64,000 nt of DNA from Squalus acanthias (GCA_030390025.1 CM059425.1:176020001-176084000); one strand, 5' to 3'; positions 37,311 through 50,184 are shown, numbered from the stretch's first letter. A program made the numbers and translations. The notes: generated by a model not told the origin, from the sequence alone.

Positions 37311-38394
37311 TTAGGAGTGCAGTAGATGCTGAGCCATATTCGAGTAGCTAAATATCAAGTTACGTCGAAGCTTCAAAGTTATAATAATTTCAAAGTCAGG
37401 GGAGTCCCTGGTTCTACTGTATGTTGACTGATATTATAACATATTTGTTTCTCTGAACAAGGCATCTATGGAGCCACTTTACAGATTCCTTCTTTTCCAT
37501 CCTCTCATATATCTTACTTTGAGTGATAACATTCCAGCCCACATACTGAGCATCTGCCTTTCAGCACCTTGATTGCTGAACAGTAAAACAGAACAATAGC
37601 AGAATATTCCCTCCTACAGTCTATAAAACTGTAATCATAATAGATATCATATGCACATTAAATGCTCTGTTTCTGTAGTGAATATAAATTAAATATATAT
37701 GTCAATAGTCAGTCAGCTCCATTGAAAGGTATGTTTTTATACAACAGGTTATCAGTTACCATTTACAGTATCGGAAAAAGTTTGTACGGTTCTGCCCCCA
37801 GCATGGAGCCTCACTTGACAGGAGACCGGAGCACAGATTGGAGAATTGAACATGGAGGTCAGCACACCTAATTCATAATAACCCTGAACGCAGCCTTGCA
37901 AGATTGACCTTCTAGGAACTTTCACTGGTGGCATGGAGCTTTGCCCACCAGCATTGGATGCAAAGTTCAGTGGACATTCTGGACAGAACACCAAGCCGGC
38001 TCACTGACCTCAACGTTCAAGTTCCTAATATGGGCTCCTGTGAAGTCTCTTGCCAGGAATGCAAATTCATAATATCTACTCTTTTGTGCCTGAAATTCTG
38101 TTTGGACCCTGTGTGCTTCTTTGGCATAAATGTGTACAGGGGTCAGAAAATGGAGCAGAATCTGGCCCCATTGGGATTTTGCCCCATGGAGAGGAAGCCT
38201 GTAAATTCCATTGGGGGGAGTGGGGGGTGGGGGGGGTGAGAACAGATCTTCTGCCTGACCCCCTACATCAAGGGAGCTTGTCTGTGAGAGTTCCCAGGCT
38301 TCCTCAGAAATTCTACGAATTATGCTCTTTAAAGGCCTCAGTGGAACTCAGTTGATGTTAGTTCCACTGAGATCCCAGCGAAGGCCCCACAACT

Positions 38395-38640
38395 ATAATA
38401 GTAAAATACTGCTGATGCTGTAAATCAGAAATAACAACAGAAAATGCTGGAAACACTCAGCAGGTCAGGCAGCATCGTGGAGAGAGAAACAGAGTTAACA
38501 TTTCAGGTCGATGACCCTTCGTCAGAACTGGACGCCCAGTTCTGACGAAGGGTCATCGACCTGAAACGTTAGCTCTGTTTCTCTCTCCACGATGCTGCCT
38601 GACCTGCTGAGTGTTTCCAGCATTTTCTGTTGTTATTTCT
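38395..38640. mobile_element. Palindromic Penelope-like insertion with two opposed hammerheads (family B)
   Basis: 14-bp TSD AAGGCC(C/T)CACAACT (38381-38394, 38641-38654); 105-bp arms 38427-38531 and 38536-38640 around a 4-nt loop. Confidence 0.85.
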
Positions 38641-38959
38641 AAGGCCTCACAACTGTTGCTGCCACAAATACCTAAAATAAATGCCACTTGTAGCTTCCCA
38701 AGGAGCTCAGGATTTGTAAAAACTTACATTTATGCCGGTTCCTTCCTGGGCCCTCTCTCTACTGTTGGACAGATATGGTGCTACTCCGAAATTCAGGGCC
38801 TTTGCCAGGTCGGGCACTACTGAAACACCCCTACTGGCGGGATGCTTCTACCAAGGCATGCAATCGACCTGTTGACTCCAATTTGCGATGCGATTTGGGC
38901 ATCCTCACTTGGGTGCACTTAAAGCCTACTCTACCGCTCTTCCCCTGGAGTAGTGGGCT

Positions 38960-39480
38960 GATTGGATACAATAACTGTGCATTCATGAACCAGAAGGGCA
39001 TTCATTCCATCGCTGTGCAGCAGGTCTGTGACCCTCTGCACAGGAACATGCAGCTCAGTACCCACTTCCCAGGCAGCAGTCATTGTGCCTTTATTTTAAA
39101 GCAATCCACTGACGTACCTCCATTATTTGACCCATAAAGAAAAATGCAAAGTTGCCTCCTAGGAGACCAAAGCTATCCTCTACAGGATAGGATCATGACA
39201 CCTCTATAGCAGCCGCGTACACCAGCCAAGCACAGTCTTACTGTGGTGTATGCATCTAGAAGGTTATCGAACACACCATAGATATACGTACCTAGCCTGA
39301 TCGGGGGTATTCTACAATACAGCCCAGCCAAATTCTCCCAAAATTCATAACATGCTGCTTGCTTCACAACACTGTGAGGCATAACTATGCAACACCCAGT
39401 GGAGGAAGACAATGAACAGCGGCAAGGAGATGATGTTGACAAGATGGAATAGGGTGAAGCTGCAGCTGCTGAACCATTTG
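38960..39480 (+). pseudogene. Decayed Harbinger transposase remnant (H4)
   Basis: FMNQKGIHSIAVQQVCD..FPGSSHCAFILKQS, then GDQSYPL and GGILQYSP. Confidence 0.7.
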
Positions 39481-39547
39481 ACAGGTTCTCCTTTTCCTAA
39501 TTACCTCCTGGACCCATTTCATTAACAGACCACCCTACATTTTCAAT

Positions 39548-40180
39548 GGGGTCTATATTTAACATTGTTGTGCCCTTTTTATGGCCTTAAAACAGGCATA
39601 ACAATAACCAGTTTAGCAGGGCAGAGGCCCGTGCTTGATCTGCACAGGAGTTCAGGCCACTGCTAAATTGGTCAGGAGCTTTTTCTAATGAGAACAGCCC
39701 ACATTTCAATATTAAAATCAGGCTCCTATGCTCATTTCAGACCTGGACTCCTAAATTCAATAGTCCTAGTTGAGGCTTGCAATGTGCAAGCTCCGACCGG
39801 CACTTACAGGTCTTGAGCAGCCTAACCAGTGGTCCTTAAAGGATCTGTTGGAGGCAGCTTTAAAAAGGCCCAAAAACGTGAGCATTTTTCACTATTTTGT
39901 GGAGTCGGAAGGAGCAGGAGTGCTCTTCAGACTGCTACTGGCCTGCCCTCACCACCCCAGCCCCCACCCAATCATCTCCTCACCCCCCTCACACAAACTT
40001 ATCTCTAGGCCTCAGTGCGGGCCGAAATCTGTAAGGGTCTGACACATGTTGTGTCAGAGCTCCTCACTGGCGCCAACAGCTTGCCTGATTTATTCTGATG
40101 AGGCGTGAGAACGAATTTACTTTGATGGCTGCATGCCACCAGAAGCGCCCCGGTTTGGGCCGCTAAGAAACATCCTCAAC
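39548..40180. mobile_element. Probable degraded Harbinger-type MITE
   Basis: GGGGTCTATATT start; AAAATCAGGCTCCTA and GGAGCAGGAGTGCT segments resemble the 12582 and 49077 family. Confidence 0.35.
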
Positions 40181-40794
40181 AAATCCACCTTCAAGTCCAA
40201 TGGCTTCACTTCTTATGAACAACCATAATACTCATTCTTTTTACTTGCTAATACAGTATCCAATGTCATAAAAAGAACATCTTTTAGTACAGAGTACAAG
40301 TTCAGTGCAACCATTTTATTTCCCTGCAAGTGAACTGTGCATTGCTGCTATTTGTCACCCTAGTGCTTCGGCTTAGTGACAGGTATGATTTATGTGTTGG
40401 AGAAATTCTACGTGCTCCCTTAGTAAAGTGACAGGTTGCTATGTATCTGTCACCAGCTCTTGGGATTGATGCGACCCTTGACCTATGTGAGCAGGGACCC
40501 AAGATTGCCCTGCTGTAGGCTTAGCTACTTCCACAGCAGCTGGGCTGCCTGGCCCTCCCACTAGCTGTTCTCTGTTTCAATTGTTTGTAATGATTAGCTC
40601 CTTGGAATAATATTTTTATATTTTTAAAAGAAGCCAGTTACAATCATTCTAATTTATCCATAGACAAATGTGCCCTTGGATGAACAATGATAAAGCTTCT
40701 TAATTTTACAATAAAAGGTTTAGTTAGTGATGTAAACAGATCGGTTTTATTACATAACAATCGGCTAAATTGAACTAAACCAAAACTAAGTCTT

Positions 40795-41673
40795 TGGGCG
40801 CGACCTTACCTTTCAGTTCGAGTTGGGAGCGGGTCATCTGCCTTCCGGGTTCCGATCCCGCCCCCAACGACACCCGACGCACAGACGTAATTTTACGTCA
40901 ATTGGCCTTGTTAAGCCCGCCCTGCGGGCTTGCCGGCCAATTAAGAGAAAGCAGGTGTCAGATGACGTCAGTTGATGATGCGTCATCTGCCGGTTTTCTT
41001 AAAGGGGACACGCATATTTTTTTTTGACAGATGATTTTTCAGTGTTTGACAGCATTGAGGTGCTGCAAACACTGACAATCACTGTACAAAGGTGAGCCCT
41101 TGCACCAAGGCTCTCCAGTGACTCTCTCTTTTGGATAAAACAGATGGCAGCTGCAGGTGAGGTTACAGAAGCGATCTGTCACTGGTGAGAGAGCTTCTCC
41201 CAATGAGGTGGGACTAGACATACAATTCAAAACTTGTTACCTACAGAAAAGTCTAAATACATTAAAAATGATTTCCCCAACATTTTCTTACCTCTGAAAC
41301 TCACCAGTTTACCATTGGATCCTTCACACCACTTCTGCAGCTGTCATCAATGCACAAACCTTACAGTAGACCCACAGCACGCCACACTTACCCTGGCGTG
41401 GTGTCCGGACGTCGGGAAGCCCGTAGCCGACCTGTCAAAATTGAAAAAAACCTCTTAACTGCCTGTTAACTACCTGCTAACAGGCAGTTAAGTGCCTGTA
41501 ATCCTCTTCCCGTCGCTAGGTGTTGGGTCCCTGCGCAAATCGGGGACCCGGCACTTGGGAAGATTGTATGGAGACGGGTTGACAGCGGGTTCGGGACCTG
41601 CTGTCAATCTTTGCATTTTTGCCAGCAGTCCCACCTCCAAACCCGTCCCCTGAGCGCTGGCAAAATTCCCCCC
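40795..41673. mobile_element. Harbinger-derived non-autonomous element
   Basis: Right end CAAAATTCCCCCC|TAT; GC-rich subtermini resembling H1 ends; TGACGTCA and TTCTTAAAGGGG boxes. Confidence 0.6.
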
Positions 41674-43081
41674 TATGTGTTTTTGAAAGCTCAGTCATGG
41701 CTCTTCATGGTACGTTCATTTAATAGTATTTCTTTTTTGATTTTACCTTCTCTATTGTGATGATGTCAGCAACATGATCGAAATGACATTGCTCTAAAGT
41801 CTACGCCCACTAAACGATTATGGAGCTGAGCTAAAGGTAAGACATTCACAGTGGGTAGTATAAGGCACAGAGCTTAGTGTTGAATGTCATTACCATATTA
41901 CTTCAAGGGTGGCATTTTGAATGTTAATATTTTAAGGAGATGGGAATGGAATTTCAGCCCAGCTTCTGTCTGCCATTTTGAGATACTTTGGTTAATTCCA
42001 ATCTAATATCCCTCTTTACTCTCAACAATACCTTAATGTGGGAAATCATAGGAGAAGCATCTATGCAAACCCCTATGCCTTTAAAAACTGTTTAGAATGA
42101 ACTTTTATCTCAATATAACCAAATACTGAATACAAATGCAATGTAATCTGATTGGAAGCTTGGAAATACATCTATGGATGGAATCAGTTGAATAATATAG
42201 ATAATAAGATTGGATTAATTTCCTGGAGTTTGTGTTTAATTACCCAGGGAAGTCAGGAAGAAATTGCCCAGAGCTTTGTATTGATGGGTAGTTTACCCAC
42301 AGTCGCTTAGCTTTTTCAGGAAGTTGAATAAATTGGGCAGAGTCCATGACAGTAAATGTTGGAAGAACTATTTGAATAAATGAATGATATTTTGCCATTC
42401 CATACTGCCTCGTGTTGTTTTTGTGCTGGATAGCTTTAATTGTATGCATCTGCCAGTCTCCTTAATGGTAGGCTATTTTTAACATTCTGATGCTGCACCA
42501 GTTTTGACAGCAGTCATATTTTAAATTCAGGAATACAGGGGTGGAATTGTGTTGTGCATGCACTAGTGTGGTTATACACTCAGCTGACAAAATATAGTGT
42601 AGGTGGCAACCAACTGATGACATTCAATAAAAAATAATAAAAATGGTTTCACAGCAAGTAGATAAATATACGAGTTGTGACTAAACCAACCAATTAATTG
42701 AGGCCAGTTCTTTCATGCAGAATGCAAATCATAATGCTGCCTGTGTCTATGGTATCTGATTAATCCAAATGCAAGTTTTGTTTGTTATATTGGCTACCTA
42801 TTGCTTATGAGAGATTTTTGACATGCTGGTAAATCCAGGTGTCAGGCAAGATCTAAATTAAAAATCTGTCCTGAAATAAGGTTGCCAACTCTGGTTTGAT
42901 GCAGTCCCAGAGGTGTGATCATGTGACATCCACCCACAGTTTGCAAATGTTATTGCATTATTGCCCCGCAGTTTTAATACAATCTTGACAAGTAGATTGC
43001 ATACTTTAATTTTACTTAAATTTAATCTTTGATTCAGATTTAAAAATTCAGATGTTGATTACAGATGAGTGTAAATACTTT

Positions 43082-43610
43082 GGGGGCTAAATTCGGTTGA
43101 TTTGCGCCTCCTGTTAGCGCCTCCCGTCATCGCCGTGCGCAGCGCCCCGCTCGCACCCTGGCTGTAATATTGGGTGGCGCCTCCCGATGCTATGTCCGCC
43201 GGGGTCAGGGGGACCTACATGCAGCCGAGGCGGCGCTAGATAAAGGGGAGGTGGCGGGCAGCCATTTTTGTTGCTGGCCGCCTGCCCCCGTTGCTGTCCC
43301 CGGCCCCACATGAAGCCCCGCCATGGGATGCCGGCTGCTCTCCGTGAACCCGGCACTCCTTGAGTGCCGGGCTCGTTTGCCGGCACTCCCGATCCCTGGT
43401 GGCTCAGCTGGGCGCCGGGACGCACTGCGCCAGGCCCCTCCCCTTTAATAAGGGGAGGAAGGCCTGCAGTACTGTGGCGCGACGTGCCGCAGTGCTGCGA
43501 TATTGGCTCGCAGCGCCCCAAGTGGGAAGCGGGGCGCTTCCCGTAGCGCCGCTCCTCCCTCTCGGGGCGCTACCTGGGAAAATCGGCCGCGGGGGCGCTA
43601 ACTTTTGCAG
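43082..43610. mobile_element. GC-rich Harbinger-type MITE, right end missing
   Basis: GGGGGCTAAATTC left TIR; repeated TAGCGCC/GGCGCTA motifs. Confidence 0.6.
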
Positions 43611-43619
43611 GGTGTCAGC

Positions 43620-43700
43620 CTTGATTTTGTGCTCAAGTCTCTGGAGTGGGAATTGAACCCACAGCCTTCTGACTCAGGCAAGAGAGCTACCATCTGAGCT
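43620..43700 (-). mobile_element. tRNA-derived SINE head fragment
   Basis: Reverse complement reads GCTCAGATGGTAGC..GTGGGTTCAATTCCCACTCCAG with A-box and B-box-like motifs. Confidence 0.5.
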
Positions 43701-43757
43701 ACTGTGGCATCAGATGAAGGTTCAGGAAAAAGACTCTCAGCTTTGTCATTTAGCTAT

Positions 43758-44192
43758 GGGCAACACGGTGGCATAGTGGTTAGCACTGGTGCCTCACAGC
43801 GCCAGAGACCCGGGTTCGAATCTGACCTCGGGTGACTGTCTGTGTGGAGTTTGCACATTCTCCCCGTGTCTGCGTGGGTTTCCTCCGGGTGCTCCGGTTT
43901 CCTCCCACAGTCCAAAAATGTGTGGGTTAGGTTGATTTGGCTATGATAAATTGACCCTTAGTGTTAGGGGAGATTAAATATGTGGGGTTATGGGGATAGG
44001 ATGGGATATGTTAGGGGGAATTAAATATGTGGGGTTACGGGGGTAGGGTGGGCTATGTGTACTGTGGGGATTAAAGCAGGGACAGGGTACTGGATTTGGA
44101 TGATCAGCCATGATCGTATTGAATGGTGGAGCAGGCTCGACGGGCCGAATGGCCTACTCCTGCTCCTAGATTCTATGTTTCTATGTTTCTAT
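43758..44192 (+). mobile_element. Full-length V-SINE (HE1-like)
   Basis: tRNA head with A box TGGCATAGTGG and B box GGTTCGAATC; V-domain TGTGGAGTTTGCACATTCTCCCCGTGTCTGCGTGGGTTTCCTCCGGGTGCTCCGG; internal direct repeat; CR1-derived (TTCTATGT)n tail. Confidence 0.9.
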
Positions 44193-44249
44193 CACAGCAC
44201 TAAGAACATCAGTCTGACCTTTCTTAAATGACTGCTAAGTTGCCCATTA

Positions 44250-44935
44250 CAAAGTTACAAAGTATTTACAGCACAGAAACAGGTCATTCAGCCCAACAGG
44301 TCCATGCTGGTGTTTATGCTCCTCACCAGTCTCCTCCCACCCTTCTTCATTAAACCCCATCAACATATCCTTCTATTCCTTTCTCCCTAATGTGCTTATC
44401 TAGCTTCCCCTTAAATGCATCTATGCTATTCGCCTCAACTTGATGTAGCGAGTTCTACTTTCTAACCACCCCCTGCGTAAAGAAGATTCTCCGGAATTCC
44501 CTGTTGGATTTATTAGTGACTATCTTATATTTACGGCCCTTAGTTCTGGTCTCACCCGCAAGTGGAAACATCTTCTCTACGTCTACCCTTACAAACCCTT
44601 TCATAAGCATAAAGACCTCGATCAGGTCACTCCTCGGACTTTTCTTTTCTAGAGAGAAGAGCCCCAGCCGGTTCAATCTTTCCTGATAGGAATACGTTCT
44701 CAGTTCTGGTATTATTCTTGTAAATCTTTTTGCACCTACTCCAGTGCCTCTATATCTTTTTTATAATATGGAGACCAGAAATATTCACAGTACTCCAAGT
44801 GTGGTTTAACCAAGGTTCTATACAAGTTTAACATAACTTCTCTGCTTTACTATTCTATCTCTCTAGAAATGAACCCCAGTGCTTTGTTTTTTATGGCCTT
44901 AGTAACCTGCATCGCTACTTTTAGTGATCTGTCTA
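44250..44935 (-). mobile_element. CR1 LINE 3' fragment
   Basis: ORF 44455-44676 (RLGLFSLEKK..FFTQGVVR); same subfamily as 23105-23685. Confidence 0.88.
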
Positions 44936-44953
44936 TTGCAGTCTGTTGAACAT

Positions 44954-46385
44954 TAGAACATAAGAATTAAGAGCAGGAGTAGGCCATACGGCCCCTCGAG
45001 CCTGCTCTGCCATTCAACAAGATCCTGGCTGATCTTCGACTTCAATTCCGCTTTCCCGCCTGATCTCTATATCCCTTGATTTCCCCTAGATTCCAAAAAT
45101 CTATCTATCTCAGCCTTGAATATACTCAACAACTCAGCATCCACAGCCCTCTGTGGTAGAGAATTCCAAAGATTCACAACCCTCTGAGTGAAGAAATTTC
45201 TCCTCATCTCAATCTTAAATGGCCGACCCCTTATCCTGAGACTATGCCCCCTAGTTCTAGACTCTCCAGCCAGGGGAAACAACCTCTCAGCATCTACTCC
45301 CACAGAATCTTATTTGTTTCAATGTGATCACCTCTCATTCTTCTAATCTCCAGAGAGTACAGGGCCAATCTACTCAATCTCTCCTCAGGACAACCCTCTC
45401 ATCCCAGGGATCAATCTAGTGAACCTTTGTTGCACCGCCTCTAAGGCAAGTACGTCCTTCCTCAGATAAGGAGACCAAAACTGTGCACAGTACTCCAGGT
45501 GTGGGCTCACCAAAACCCTGTACAATGGTAGTAAGACTTCCTTACTCTTGTACTCCAACCTCCTTGCAATAAAGGCCAACATGCCAATTGCCTTCCTAAT
45601 TGCTTGCTGTACCTGCATGCTAACTTTTTGTGTTTCCTGTACAAGGACACTTAAATCTCTCTGAACACCAAATAGTTTCTCACCATTTAAAAAATATTCT
45701 GTTTTTCTATTCCTACCAAAGTGAATAACCTCACAATTTACTCCATCTGCCACCGTATTGCCCACTCACTTAACCTGTCTATATCCCTTTGCAGGCTCTT
45801 GGTGTCCTCCTCACAACACTCTTTGAGCCTCGCATTTAACTCTCTGATCTGCTTGTCCCTATGCCAATTTGCGTATGGCTCAGGTAACAATCCGGAGATT
45901 ATTACCTTTGAGGTTCTGGGTTTTAATTTGGATCCTAGCTCCTCAAACTCTCTCAGCAGAACCTAATTTCTAGGTCTGACGAAGGTCATTGACCTGAAAC
46001 GTTAACTCTGTTTCTCTCTCCACAGATGCTGCCTGACCTGCTGAGTATTTCCAGCATTTTCTGTTTTTATTTCTATCTATGTCATTGGTTCCTACGTGGA
46101 CCATGACAACTGGAACCTCTACCTCCCTCTCCAAGTTCTTCTCCAGCTGCGAGGAGATACCCTTAACCCTGGCACCGTGCAGGCAACACAGCCTTCGGCA
46201 CTTCCGGTCACGGCTGCTGAGAATAGTATCTATCCCCCCGACTATACTGTCCCGTACCACAACAACATTTTCACTCCCCCCACTTGAATGACCTCCTGTA
46301 CCACAGTGCCATGGTTAGTTTGCTCATCCACCCTACAGACTTTGCCCTCATTCACACAGGCAGCAAGAACCTCATACCTGTTGAA
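44954..46385 (-). mobile_element. CR1 pieces: RT C-terminus (44954-45815) joined to an ORF1 esterase fragment (about 45835-46385)
   Basis: ORFs 45067-45303 and 45385-45765 (RT); ORF 45970-46260 MVRDSIVGGID..VMVHVGTND (GDSL/SGNH-like). Confidence 0.85.
45973..46073 (+). mobile_element. Very short Penelope-like insertion starting at the hammerhead (family B)
   Basis: CTGACGA-AGGTC-ATT-GACCT-GAAACGTTAAC at 45976-46006; ATTTCTA flanks on both sides. Confidence 0.75.
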
Positions 46386-46482
46386 GAAAATCTTTACCTC
46401 CTTTTTACCCCAAGAGTAAATTTAAATGCTTCTCTACAATTTAGATTGTATTTCTTGAAATGTATCATTTTCCTATGACAAT

Positions 46483-47237
46483 GGGCCAGAAATTCGGCTG
46501 TTGTCGGGTGAGTTGTCGGTTGCCATAAGGCCACCTGAAGTGCCGGTTTCCTGCATGCACTGCGCATGCGCGGGAAACCGGAACTTCCGTTTCCCTGAAG
46601 GGAGGGGTTCAGAAGTCAAACGTGTGCGCGGGAGAGGCAGCGCGCACGCAGCGAACTTCATTTTTTTTTTCAGGTTTCTCCGGGAAGGTAAGTGTGAAGA
46701 AGCTACGCTTTTAAAAAGGAGGCGCAAGGCCTGTTTCTAACAAGGTAAGTGGTTAATTAATTACAATTTAAACATTTTTCAACAGGTTTATCTTTTTTAG
46801 ATACTTTAAAGAAAGGTAAGTTCATTTTTAGCACCGTTAAAAAGTATAATTAATTTTTCAAAAATTTTAATTTTTTGTTTAAGGTAGTTAATTTATTTAA
46901 CTTATAGTTATTTTAAAAATGTGATGTTTTTTTTAAATTTATTTGAAGTTTAAGTGTGGTTTTGGTGCCGATCTCTATTCATAGATTTGACAGGTCTTCC
47001 TGTTAAATCTATGAATGAAAATGCCCTGCTAGGATTGGCTCTCCATGGCCCACGTGATCCCAGGGGACGCTTCGAACTAACTGCGCCCCTGGGATACGCA
47101 AGCACTGCGCGCCGGCAGCTGGAGGAGGCCCAGGACCCGAAGTCCTCGTGGGTCCAAAGTACAACTGCAGGCGCGGTGGGCAAGTACACGCACGATGCTT
47201 GCACCCGCAGGAAGCCTGAAAGCTGAATTGCTGGCCC
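46483..47237. mobile_element. Harbinger-type MITE (family M2) with AT-rich core
   Basis: TIR GGGCCAGAAATTC / GAATTGCTGGCCC; flanks AAT / ATT; inverted homolog at 58743-59505. Confidence 0.8.
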
Positions 47238-47402
47238 ATTATATTATAAGTATATACATGTGCATTTTTTGATATGCAAGGTTTTAACTGACAACTTATC
47301 CTCTGTCAACAGAGGGGCTGTTGAATGAAGAAAAACAACCCACTAAATTCACCAGACATAGATAGTGGTGCAGTGTGAAGTCTGTGTAGTGTAAGACTAA
47401 AT

Positions 47403-48296
47403 GGGGTAGAAATTAGGTCGCGCCCCATTTGGGATGCAAATATCGTCCGGACGCAAATATTAGCGCCTGGCGCTAATTATCGGCAATGATGGGAAACTTC
47501 ACTTTTACCGCCCCGGGAGGTGAGTGGAGCGCTAAAGCAGGCGCTGCACACCTCTCTTTAGGCGCAAAGGCCGAGCAGTGAGGCGCTAACTCGGAGCGCT
47601 GGCGAAGCTCATGTAATGTCAGTCAGCAATGGAACACACACACAATGGCATGGGCCAGTTCTTAAAGGGGATGGTTAATCTTGCTTTCCATCCACATCCT
47701 GTTCATTGCTGCATTGAATCTCGGCCTGGAGAGACTTGCACATCAAATGTGCTGGAAAGAACAATGGAGAGCACCAGGCAAAGAGCTCAGAGTGCAGCTC
47801 CCACGGTCTCTGCTAAATCGATACAAGGAATGGCAAATCAAAATGAACCTGCAAAGTGCTGCTCAGTACCCAAAACTCCTTCACACAATGTTGAATCTCT
47901 CCAGAAGTCTCTCCCTCTCTCTCTCAGAATGCGTAGTTCAAAAATGCCACCAACAATAAAAGACAGGAAGAGGCCCCCTTTAAATAGCGCCCCCCCCCAG
48001 CCCCACAGCGATTGATAGCGTTCCAGTCTTCTGGTCGTTGGAAGCGCCAGGCGGTAAGGCAGGGGGCGCCACTCAATTTCCGCTACGGGGCGCCCCAAGG
48101 GCGTTGCACCATGGAATGACGTCACAATCTGCGCGCGCAGGTGGTCGCAGCGGTAAGTTTTAGCGCCGCCGCACAATCTCAAGTTAAGTTCTCGAGCGGC
48201 GCAAACATCGCTGCGCCCGGGCGTTAGCGGCTTTGCGCCCCATTAGCGCCCTCTTAAGGCGCTAACGGGTGGCGCAACCAAGTGAATTTTTACCCC
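47403..48296. mobile_element. Harbinger MITE (family M1)
   Basis: AAT TSD; TIR GGGGTAGAAATT / AATTTTTACCCC. Confidence 0.9.
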
Positions 48297-48439
48297 AATA
48301 TGCTTTATCCACCATAATTATAACAGATTAGCAGAATAATGTTGCATTTTAGTTAATAGCAGTTGTTGCACATTTGGTGAAGTTGCCAATATAATCAATA
48401 AATTAATACATACATGGTGAATTGCTTGTTTCTTCTACA

Positions 48440-48863
48440 TAGCGTCCATTCATCGGCTGCACGCCGGTTTCCACTGGAAATGGACAGGGCATATTCTGGT
48501 ACACAGTGCATTCTGGACAGGGACATCCGCTGTGAGGGCGCAACGTCGCAGATATAACAAATCCTATTAAGATATGGCCAGGAACAATCGCGTTTGGAGC
48601 AATACCGACGCAACTTCACCGTAAGTGCGGCAAGTGGCAGGGGGCATAACAGCTGATTGGCTGCAAGCGGCGAACTGCCGATAAAACAAACTTTTCTCCT
48701 GGGTTGCCAACAGCAGCGCCCAGAGACGAATATCCACTTTTGGGAGACTCCCGAGCAAAGAGGGAGGGTTGGCAACGCTAATTGGTGGCTTAACAAAGGT
48801 GACTATTAGATTTTATGGGCGACCGATCTGATCCCGGCGGATGGGTTAGGTTATAATTCCCCC
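48440..48863. mobile_element. CpG-rich partial element ending in a Harbinger-like TIR
   Basis: Ends TATAATTCCCCC; CpG-rich relative to flanks; no left TIR found. Confidence 0.35.
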
Positions 48864-49076
48864 AAGTCATCTAGACATCACTAACATGGGATTTAAATAG
48901 GAATCCCTCCCCCCAGAGATACAAAAAAATCGCAGCTGTGAAACTTGGCAAAAGGAATAACATACGCAGCACTTCTGGGCACCAAAAGGGTGCTGTGTTG
49001 CACATAAAAAAAAGGTGCTAATTGGGTACTAAACCCAGGCAAACTCACCCTTTGCTCTCTTGATTCTAGAGATATT

Positions 49077-49774
49077 GGGGGAGATTTTCAACTTTGGTCA
49101 AAAAGAGGCACAATGTCAGTGGTGCGCTTGCGGCACCTGCCCAACAGTTTGGAGGCCCGAGCCATTTTCAGGTTTGGGCCTCATTAGAATTTTACTGGCA
49201 ATCTGCGGGCTCCAAATGGGTGCTCTGCCGCAGCGCGCCAGTTTCGCACAATGGAAAATTGTCCAACTTAAGCATAGAGTCAGGCGGCAGGTAGGGCCTG
49301 TTGGGCGAGGGGGTGGGGAGATGGGCAGCGGGTCCTGGCAGGGGGCAAGAACAGGCCAGCAGCAGGCCGGAAGATATTGGTGGGGCCAGGAGGCACAAGA
49401 ATGCACCTGCTGGCCCCACAGAACTCTTTTTAAAAAAACCTCCAAAAACGTATCTTTCCCTGAGCGGCCCCCAGCAGTCCCTTCAAGGACCGCTGGCTGG
49501 GCTGCTCAACACCAGGTACGACTGGGACACACTCCGCCCATTTGTACATTAAAATTTCAATTGGGGTCCTACAACTAGCGCAGGATCCCAATTTACATAA
49601 TTGAACAGCATCCCACCTGTTTTGGGCAAGAGTGCTGGGCGCCCAATTAAAGACATACCTGAAAAATCAAATCAGGCGGGTAAATCAGTGTCCAAGCTGT
49701 CCGCCAGATTTTCTGCCTCTGGCCTCCTGTTTTTCAGGTAGGAAGCGGGTGGCGAGCAATTTAAAATCCAACCC
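49077..49774. mobile_element. Harbinger-type MITE
   Basis: Ends GGGGGAGATTTT / AAAATCCAACCC; related to 12582-13221. Confidence 0.55.
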
Positions 49775-50184
49775 CCTCCCGCCCCAGTATTCTGCTCATG
49801 GCTGGCGGATACATAGAAATCAGAAGCAAATAATAGAGGTAAGAGTTTGAAGGGGAGACAAGTTGCCTGTAGCTGAGGGGTGATTCTGAGGATAAATGAC
49901 GAAGATCCAGTGGAGTGGCTGACCTAAATACAGGAAAGGAAAAGTCAGAATGAAATATGGTCAACATCATCAGCGGAGTAAAAAATCACATCCCAAGGGT
50001 GTCTGTACATTAAAACTTAATTGGGAAAGTTAATTAGGTAAATAAATGAAAAACATGGGTTGAATGGTACTGGACGATCCGTTGTGATTTGAAGTGCAGT
50101 GTGAGTTCTAACTGTGTGATGCGAGTTTAAAATGTTTGCATTTTAACCATTTTCTTCAAATTCATTAACAACAGAAACAATGAC

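Noticed and set aside
38337..38371. 12-bp-stem hairpin CTCAGTGGAACT..AGTTCCACTGAG
   Set aside because: Single short inverted repeat within decayed transposon sequence; no other support.
43758..43835. tRNA gene
   Set aside because: It is the head of a V-SINE and continues into the V-domain and LINE tail.
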